This document shows positions 1 through 6,628 of a stretch of DNA of 18,677 nucleotides, piece by piece. The notes below the pieces were generated by a model. It ran no database searches and was not told the DNA's origin. It saw only the letters and a program-made list of their open reading frames with translations. Source of the stretch: Myxococcota bacterium (GTDB lineage Bacteria > Myxococcota_A > UBA796 > GCA-2862545). The stretch is from the NCBI GenBank assembly GCA_039208735.1, contig JBCCQY010000180.1, forward strand, positions 1 to 18,677. Direction: 5' to 3'. Position 1 is the stretch's first letter. The number at the start of each line of letters is the position of its first letter. Both the position numbers and the translations under genes were made by a program.

Positions 1-2
1 GC

Positions 3-1160
3 GAGGAAGAGGTTCCAACGGTCCCGGGTGGCACGACGCCAACGGATGGCACAGCCGAAGGCGGACCGGCCTATGCATTGAGCACACTCGTGTTTGGCCC
101 CGACCAGACATCGCTCTACGTCATGCTGATCGACTCGCTCGACAACCCTGACGTCGACCTCGCCAACGCACGCGAGTTCCCCGGGGCCGCAGACATGTGG
201 GTCCACGACGGATTCGTCTACGTGGCAAACGGTGAGGATCTGACAATGACGAAGTTTGCGGTCGAAGACGGAGAACTTGTCGAACAAGACCGGATCGGAT
301 TTGGCGCTTCCGGCGCCACGAACGTGGCCTTCTGGAACAACACCTTCGTCGCTTCGGACAAGGCCTACCTTTCCCTTGGCGTTGACGGCTACGTCATCTG
401 GAATCCTGATGCCATGGAAATCACAGGGTCCATTGACCTCGACGCGTGGAATCCCCCTGACAACTTCGTGGCGCGGCACGGCTTCCACGACCGGAGTACA
501 GCGCTACGTGATGGCAAGCTGTACCATCCGTTCTACGCTTCCGACCCTTCCTTCTTCGTGCAGCTGCAAACGTCGTCCATCGTAGTCATTGACGTCGAAA
601 CGGACACCGTCGAGGACATTGTCGACGTGCCGTGTCCAGGGCTCGACTTCGTGACGCGCGATGAGTCCGACAATCTCTATTTCAGCAGCTGGGTTTTCGC
701 AGCGGGCGGAGCAGCGGTACTCGACCAACCCCAAACCTGCATTAGCCGTCTGGAAGCTGGTTCAGATGCGTTCGATACGTGGTCTAGTTTCCGTGATTTG
801 GCCGGTGGACTCGAAGGGGCGGCGCTGTACTATACGGGCGACGGCACGGGCATTCTGGCTGCGCTTGACCCCACCAATGTGACAAAGAACGGTGAAGACG
901 CAGCCGCCGTGACCTTCGGGGCCAATTGGCGGATGTGGTCGGTCGATTTCGACAACATCTCAGCCAGTCGCATCGAAGACATCGATTGGAATGCGGGGGC
1001 GCACTACTCCTGGCCTGTCGATGATGGCAACATTATGCTCTTGGCCGAGGGTGACTTCTCGGCGACAACGGCATACCAACACTCGACTGAGCTCGCCCAA
1101 TCGCCGGCCGAGCTTTTCGAAATCCAAGGATGGACGATTCGCATCTTTGATCTGCCTTAG
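3..1160 (+). CDS. MxcI-like extracytoplasmic beta-rich protein (probable lipoprotein partner of a TonB-dependent uptake system), 5'-truncated by the window
   Basis: The frame is open from base 3 (EEEVPTVPGGTTPTDGTAEGGPAYALSTLVFGPD...), so the TTG at 78 is probably internal and the true start lies upstream. The Pro/Gly/Thr/acidic linker suits a lipoprotein tether. The motifs YALSTLVFGPD, AREFPG, IWNPDAMEITGSIDL, VIDVETD...DVPCPG and DNLYFS resemble myxobacterial MxcI-like proteins (recall). Stop TAG at 1158-1160. Confidence 0.7.
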   Translation, partial: EEEVPTVPGGTTPTDGTAEGGPAYALSTLVFGPDQTSLYVMLIDSLDNPDVDLANAREFPGAADMWVHDGFVYVANGEDLTMTKFAVEDGELVEQDRIGFGASGATNVAFWNNTFVASDKAYLSLGVDGYVIWNPDAMEITGSIDLDAWNPPDNFVARHGFHDRSTALRDGKLYHPFYASDPSFFVQLQTSSIVVIDVETDTVEDIVDVPCPGLDFVTRDESDNLYFSSWVFAAGGAAVLDQPQTCISRLEAGSDAFDTWSSFRDLAGGLEGAALYYTGDGTGILAALDPTNVTKNGEDAAAVTFGANWRMWSVDFDNISASRIEDIDWNAGAHYSWPVDDGNIMLLAEGDFSATTAYQHSTELAQSPAELFEIQGWTIRIFDLP

Positions 1161-1175
1161 CCTCTCGTGACGCTG

Positions 1176-1233
1176 GACGTCGATTGCGGCCCGCGTCGGA
1201 TTGGACGGTCCTGTCGACGCCCGATCGCACGTC
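1176..1233 (+). terminator. Imperfect GC-rich inverted repeat downstream of the MxcI-like gene (possible terminator or mRNA-stabilising hairpin)
   Basis: Nested complementary blocks GACGT/ACGTC, CGAT/ATCG and GCGTCG/CGACGC begin 15 nt after the stop. There is no clear U-tract. Confidence 0.25.
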
Positions 1234-1335
1234 GGCCCATTGTTTCGGCGTGCAACACCCCGTGGTCAGGAGCTAGGCTCTTCTGACCGAGGTGGTGAAG
1301 GAGCGACCGGCGGCTGGACAAGGGTTCGAGAGCCG

Positions 1336-1340
1336 GGAGG
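1336..1340 (+). promoter_or_regulatory. Shine-Dalgarno site for the small lipoprotein
   Basis: GGAGG lies 5 nt before the ATG at 1346. Confidence 0.7.
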
Positions 1341-1345
1341 GATCG

Positions 1346-1588
1346 ATGCGGAACGTGGTCTTCGGAATCGTTGGCCTGGGTCTCGCGGGCTGCTTTAGCA
1401 CCGACGAACTGTGCGATGCGGCCTGCGAAGAGTGGCGTACCTGCACCCAGGTGAAGGGCAACACGGTCAACTACCCCTACGAGACGTGCTTCGCCGAATG
1501 CAAGGACGAGGGCGACTGGGGACCGGGCTACCTGAACTGCCTCGAGTCCTGGGACCGCTGCCCGGACCTCGGGAATCAGTGCGGATGA
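1346..1588 (+). CDS. Small cysteine-rich lipoprotein, 80 aa
   Basis: The ATG at 1346 has a GGAGG RBS, so the ORF-track start at 1292 is too far upstream. MRNVVFGIVGLGLAG-C is a signal peptide II with lipobox LAGC. Eight further Cys follow, including two CxxxC motifs (CDAAC, CFAEC). Confidence 0.85.
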   Translation: MRNVVFGIVGLGLAGCFSTDELCDAACEEWRTCTQVKGNTVNYPYETCFAECKDEGDWGPGYLNCLESWDRCPDLGNQCG

Positions 1589-1770
1589 CCCTGCAACCAC
1601 GATGCAGACCAAGCCCCCTCGAACTTGCGACCCGCGCGACCCCGATACCGTAGCGACGAAGATGATCGTCGTAGATAATCAGCGGCCAGCCTCCGATCTC
1701 CTCCAGTAGCAGCTTGGGGTAGGAGCGCAGCGACGCGAACGCTTGGGCACCTCGGAGCAAAGGCGCAGTT
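1576..1770 (-). pseudogene. Possible degenerate gene fragment
   Basis: The minus strand reads protein-like AFASLRSYPKLLLEEIGGWPLIIYDDHLRRYGIG and, in a shifted frame, GRKFEGAWSASWLQGHPH*. I see no convincing start and recognise no family. Confidence 0.2.
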
Positions 1771-2415
1771 CGTCTGCCCATGCCGCAGCGTGGTCCCGGT
1801 CTTTGGCCTGCGCAACGGCGACCGCGGTTTACATCCCGCGGAGTTGGCATGAGCACGGTCTCGCTTTGGCCTAAGCCATTCTCTGCAAACTCCCTTCTCG
1901 CAGTTCGCACAACCACCATTCAGCAACTCGGACTGGAGGTTCCTCAAACTGAAGCATTGAAGAAGAGGCTGCTTGACTAGATTACAGAGGCTACCCCCAC
2001 GCCCAGCCGGGGACGCGCAGATAAGATCCGCACCCTCGGCCGACGTCCGAAGAGATGTCAGTAGTTCAGCATGGTCCTATCGGTATCCTGGCTCGAGTCG
2101 TCAGCCCTGACGGATGCCCTGCATCATGTAGACGCAAATTCTGCGACGGTTCCCCGGGGTCCCGACCCGTGGTCTCGGATTCATTGGATCATTCCATGCT
2201 TTTTTGCAGCCGGCGGCCTGCGACCTGGAGATGGTGTCGACGCAAGTCCGACTCAGGTCGGTCTTCGGCCACGACGACGCGCCACTCACCAGGTAAAACC
2301 TTGGCACATCGCAACGGAGGAGACGCTCTTGCAAGGATGACTCGGTTCGGAGGCTTCCCGTTCGTCCCCCTTCCCCAACCGGCGTCGCTCCGAACTCGAC
2401 CTCTGACCTGCCAGG

Positions 2416-2964
2416 ATGAACGACATGTGGAACCGACGACAAGTGCTGGCTGGAATTGGTGCGATCGCCGGAACTCAGCACCTCACTCACGCGGACGTTG
2501 CATTTGCGAACGGCGGCTCGAGCCCGCTCGCGGGCAATTGGATGCTCCAGCCTGGTCAGACCCAGATCGACATGGTGACCCAGAGAGTCACCGCACTGCT
2601 CGACGACATGACTCCAATCAACCGCTTACGCTCCCAGCATTGGCTGATGAACACCGTCGTACCCACACCCCAGTTGAGTATCGGCTACAACGGCGTTTCA
2701 ATGACGGTCTCCGAGCCGGGGCGCCCCATGCTCACGGTGCTCGTCGACGGAAGCGATCAGCCCTGGCTCGACTCTTTCGGCTATCCGCAGATCCTCCGCT
2801 TCCATCTTCCGGGGCAGACACTCGTGCAGACCGTTCAGGGTCGAATCGATCGCTACAACATCCTCGATGTCTCGCAGGGGAGGTTGAGGATGAGAACCCG
2901 AATCACAGGTGACCGTTTCCCTCACTCCTTGAGCTTTTCCTTGGGCTACCAAGCGCCTCAGTAA
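2416..2964 (+). CDS. Tat-exported hypothetical protein, 182 aa, predicted calycin/FABP-like beta-barrel
   Basis: Twin-arginine motif NRRQVL (2431-2448), a hydrophobic stretch and an AFA cleavage site. The mature part starts with LAGNWML (GxW), then two helix-like segments and a run of short beta-strand-like segments. Stop TAA. Confidence 0.75.
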   Translation: MNDMWNRRQVLAGIGAIAGTQHLTHADVAFANGGSSPLAGNWMLQPGQTQIDMVTQRVTALLDDMTPINRLRSQHWLMNTVVPTPQLSIGYNGVSMTVSEPGRPMLTVLVDGSDQPWLDSFGYPQILRFHLPGQTLVQTVQGRIDRYNILDVSQGRLRMRTRITGDRFPHSLSFSLGYQAPQ

Positions 2965-2993
2965 TCTGACCGCAATCGAGGTGCGCCATCCGT

Positions 2994-3013
2994 GTGGGAT
3001 CGAAGGATCCCGC
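2994..3013 (+). terminator. Compact hairpin after the Tat protein gene
   Basis: GTGGGATC-GAAG-GATCCCGC has a 6-bp perfect stem, a 2-bp extension (one G-U pair) and a 4-nt loop, about 30 nt after the stop. There is no U-tract. Confidence 0.35.
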
Positions 3014-3139
3014 CGGCGAGGTGGACTCTCACCCCTGTTCCCGGGCCGTCGCCCCGATGGCCTGCCCAGTCACGCTGACGCGTCGAAGGCTCACCTTCGT
3101 CGTGCGAGCGCCCCTAGTCGACTGTCGAGGACGTAAGCG

Positions 3140-6100
3140 TTGACACGTGCAATCGAACCATTCGCGCGCGCCGCATTCGAGGCGCTGGAACCTCTCGAGG
3201 ATGGATTCCGTAATCCGGGATCGTTCGGCATCCTGCTGCGGCAACTCGGATTCGACGAGACATTCTCCGACGACGACCTCGAGTCCCTGATCGAGCCATT
3301 CCGGCCGCTCGCCGACGATGCCACGCTTGCTATCGACAAGGGGCGCACGGCCATTGCGGTACTCGAGACGCCGCAAGCGCCTATCGATGAGGTCCTCCTC
3401 GCCATCCGAGACCTTATCGAAGCGGTCAAAACCCTAGTTCGGATGGCCCAACGCATCAAGCCGGCCATCGACGCCGTCGATCTGTCGAGCTTCCCGACGT
3501 CGCTCTCCAGCGCGGCAACCTGGGATGCGGATGTCGCGAAGGCGTTGCCCGAGTATCTCCTGGTTTCGTACCTCGAACGGACGCAGCCAGTCCTCTTCGG
3601 CATTCTGCAGACGCTCGGGGTGGTGCCCGACGGCACCTATGAACTCGACTTCAGCGGACTCGGCGCTCTGATCAGTGACCCCGTACAGTTCGCCCGCGAC
3701 CGCTTCCAGTTCGGCAACAACTTGCTCGGTGACCTGCTGCTGGAGAAGCTCTCCGAACTGGTCGGTCGCACCGGTGCCTCCACACGGATTGCTCCCCTCG
3801 ACAGCGCCTACTACGACCTTTTCGCTTCGGCGACGCCCTCTGGTGACCAGCTCGAGCTGCCGTTCGTCCAGGGTTTTTTCCCGGGGGGATACGCCGAACT
3901 CGGCCTCGTGGTCGCGCCCGTGCCGGAGCAAAACAACACCGATGTCGTTGATGGGGTGCTCTTTGCGCCACTCGTACACGGCACGACCGGAAACGAGGTC
4001 AAGCTAGGCGAATCCGGCGCCTGGACGCTCACGTTCGACGCCGAACTCGACGCCGCTACCGCCGTGACCGTGCGCGTACATCCCGGCGGCATCTACGCGG
4101 AAGGTTCCCTGCCCGATGGCGGCGCTGCCGTCACGTTGGCATTCGAGCCGGACGAAGAATGGGTCCTCCTTGGCTCACCCGAGGGCTCCAGAATCGAGGT
4201 GAGTGGTCTGCAGGTCGAGGCGCGGATGTCCACCGACCCCGCCCCCAACGCGGGCGACATCGCGTTGCGGGCGCGTACCACCGGGTCGGAGGGTCCCGGA
4301 CTCAAGGTCGTCGTCGACGCCACCGAGGGTGACTCCTTCATCAGCGAGCTATTCTCGGAGCTATCGGTCGAGGCCGCTCTGGATCTGGATGCCTCGTGGT
4401 CCGCGAACAAGGGGTTCCAGTTCGGTGCGAGCAGCTCATTGTCGCACCACATCGCGCTTGCAAAGAAGATCGGTCCCCTAACGGTCCACTCCTTGGACAT
4501 CGAGGCCAGCAAGGCGCCGAGCGGAGGACCTGCGCTCACCGTTCGCTCGAACGTGGGAGCCGAACTAGGTCCTTTCGCCGTCGACGTCGAGGGCCTCGGG
4601 TTCTCCTTCGCGATGGAGCGTGACGCCGATCAAAAAGGCAACATTGGCCCGTTCGACATCGACGTTGGGATTGTGCCGCCGATCGGGCTCGGCTTCGACA
4701 TCAACAGTGAAGGAGTCTCGGGCGGAGGCTACCTCTTCTTCGATGGCGCCGAGGGCCGATACGGCGGTGGGCTGAGCCTGCAGATGGGCAAGGTGGGAAT
4801 CACCGCCCTCGGCCTACTCAGCGTCCCTCGGGGCAACTCCACCGACCCCTGGTCGCTGCTTTTCTCCCTGTTCGTAGAACTCCCGATTCCGCTCGGTTTT
4901 GGCTTCACGCTCACGGGTCTCGGCGGGCTCATCGGAATCAATCGCACCTTCAGCACTCAGCGACTGCAGCAGGGGGTACAGGCGGGGTCACTCGACCAGC
5001 TCATGTTCCCTTCGCGGCCCGTGAACTTCCGCGCGGTCCTCGACGAGATGGACGCGTGCTTCCCAGAAGCACGCGGCAACTTCGTCATCGCACCGATGGC
5101 CCGCATCAGCTGGGGTGCCCGCGCGATGCTGACCGCCGAAATCGGCATCCTGCTGTCGTTCGACGTACGCACGCCGGGCAAGAGCAAGTTCGGGATGCTC
5201 GGGATCATCAAGGCAATGCTGCCCGACCCCGACGCGCCGATCCTCGAGATGAACCTCGCCTTGCTCGGTTCGGTCGACCTCGCGACCCGGAGCTTCTCGA
5301 TCGTGGCTTCGGTGTACGACTCGCGGCTGCTAGGGACCATCGAGCTGTCTGGCGACATGGCGATGCATGCAGAGTTCGGCGGCCGCCCCTACTTCCTGCT
5401 GTCGGTCGGGGGCTATCACCCACAATTCACCCCGCCTTCGGGACTGCCCTCGACGATGACGAACCTCCGACGACTGCGGGCGGCGCTGTCGTGGGGAGAG
5501 CATGTCCAAGCGTCCCTCGAAGGCTACTTCGCGGTGACCGCGAACACCTTCCAGCTCGGCGGCAAGTTCGAGATCGAGGCCGCCGCGACCATCCTGGGTA
5601 CGACGTACTCTGCTTACGGGATGCTGGGCTTTAACGTACTCTTCCAGTTCAGACCCTTTCGGATCATCGCCGACGCGAGCGCGATGTTCTCGATTCGAGC
5701 GGGTAGCAATGAGATCTTGGGGATCGAACTATCCATCTATGTCGAGGGACCCAAGCCCTGGTACGCGAAGCTCGCCGGCTCCTTCCGGTTCCTGTTGTTC
5801 GAGGTCGACTTCCGAATCGAGGTCGGAAACCCCGCGGAAGCCGAGCCCGCGACGAAGTTCCCGCTCGAGCAAGAGGTATTGGAGCAGCTCGCCGAGGACG
5901 ACAACTGGCTCGTGGTCGGCGAGCCGCAGATCGCCACCTGGGACCTCGTCACGTTGGCAGAGTCCGAAACGCCTGCGACGGGCGAGATCTGGATTCGGCC
6001 CGACGGGACCCTCGAGGTCAAACAGGATGTCGCTCCACTTGACCGCAAGGTCGATATCTACGGCACCCAGATCATTTCTGGACCCGACACGATCGCTCTC

Positions 6101-6628
6101 GAGGAGATGGGCTTCATGGCCGGCGCTACGCCGGACCCGATCACAATCGAGCCCGTGAAAGCCCCTTTCGCGCCATCGCACTTCACCAAGATGAGTCCGT
6201 CGGACAAGCTGTCGGCGCCCTCGTTCGTCAACGAGACGGCTGGAGTGAACTTCGGCGGGTCCGGGGTCGAGATGCCTAGCGGAAGCTTCCCGTCGCAGAA
6301 GGTCGAATGGGAGACGTTCATCGATGGCGCAAAGCAGAACGTCCCATCGACGTTCTCGCTCCTGACCGGACTGCGGCTACATCGGCTCTCCTCGACCGCG
6401 CAAGGGTTGTCGAGCGGCGTGCGGACCGTCGTGCCCATCGTGGGCGTAAAGGACGCCACCTACACGGTGATCGACAACGTGACGGGAGAGCCCGCCACCG
6501 ATGTCCTCACCAACGCCGGAGTCACCACAACCGACGAGCTGACCTGGATGCAGGCAAACGAACTCCGCAACACGGCTGGGAGCAACCAGCTGAGCATCGT
6601 CCCCCTCCACAGCCTGGTGACCCCGTGA
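3140..6628 (+). CDS. DUF6603-like domain-containing large protein, 1162 aa (operon gene A)
   Basis: TTG start with GAGGA (3127-3131) 8 nt upstream. A helical N-terminus is followed by long Gly-rich alternating-hydrophobic strands. PPIGLGFDI..VSGGGYL..RYGGGLSL, PIPLGFGFTLTGLGGLIGINR, LLSVGGYHPQF, GYFAVTANTFQLG and GPKPW match my recall of DUF6603 (~4460-5830). No signal peptide. Confidence 0.8.
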   Translation: MTRAIEPFARAAFEALEPLEDGFRNPGSFGILLRQLGFDETFSDDDLESLIEPFRPLADDATLAIDKGRTAIAVLETPQAPIDEVLLAIRDLIEAVKTLVRMAQRIKPAIDAVDLSSFPTSLSSAATWDADVAKALPEYLLVSYLERTQPVLFGILQTLGVVPDGTYELDFSGLGALISDPVQFARDRFQFGNNLLGDLLLEKLSELVGRTGASTRIAPLDSAYYDLFASATPSGDQLELPFVQGFFPGGYAELGLVVAPVPEQNNTDVVDGVLFAPLVHGTTGNEVKLGESGAWTLTFDAELDAATAVTVRVHPGGIYAEGSLPDGGAAVTLAFEPDEEWVLLGSPEGSRIEVSGLQVEARMSTDPAPNAGDIALRARTTGSEGPGLKVVVDATEGDSFISELFSELSVEAALDLDASWSANKGFQFGASSSLSHHIALAKKIGPLTVHSLDIEASKAPSGGPALTVRSNVGAELGPFAVDVEGLGFSFAMERDADQKGNIGPFDIDVGIVPPIGLGFDINSEGVSGGGYLFFDGAEGRYGGGLSLQMGKVGITALGLLSVPRGNSTDPWSLLFSLFVELPIPLGFGFTLTGLGGLIGINRTFSTQRLQQGVQAGSLDQLMFPSRPVNFRAVLDEMDACFPEARGNFVIAPMARISWGARAMLTAEIGILLSFDVRTPGKSKFGMLGIIKAMLPDPDAPILEMNLALLGSVDLATRSFSIVASVYDSRLLGTIELSGDMAMHAEFGGRPYFLLSVGGYHPQFTPPSGLPSTMTNLRRLRAALSWGEHVQASLEGYFAVTANTFQLGGKFEIEAAATILGTTYSAYGMLGFNVLFQFRPFRIIADASAMFSIRAGSNEILGIELSIYVEGPKPWYAKLAGSFRFLLFEVDFRIEVGNPAEAEPATKFPLEQEVLEQLAEDDNWLVVGEPQIATWDLVTLAESETPATGEIWIRPDGTLEVKQDVAPLDRKVDIYGTQIISGPDTIALEEMGFMAGATPDPITIEPVKAPFAPSHFTKMSPSDKLSAPSFVNETAGVNFGGSGVEMPSGSFPSQKVEWETFIDGAKQNVPSTFSLLTGLRLHRLSSTAQGLSSGVRTVVPIVGVKDATYTVIDNVTGEPATDVLTNAGVTTTDELTWMQANELRNTAGSNQLSIVPLHSLVTP

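Noticed and set aside
2055..2912. 285-aa + strand ORF
   Set aside because: It is low-complexity and Arg-rich, and it overlaps the much more credible Tat-signal gene in another frame.
2301..2988. Sigma-54-like elements (TGGCAC at 2302-2307; minus-strand GCGCAC-N5-TTGC at ~2972-2986)
   Set aside because: The first lacks TTGC at the right spacing and the second lacks the invariant GG.
6307..6624. N-terminal extension of the 950-aa ORF in the track
   Set aside because: It is Arg-rich shadow translation overlapping gene A. Protein-like sequence begins at the coupled GTG 6625.
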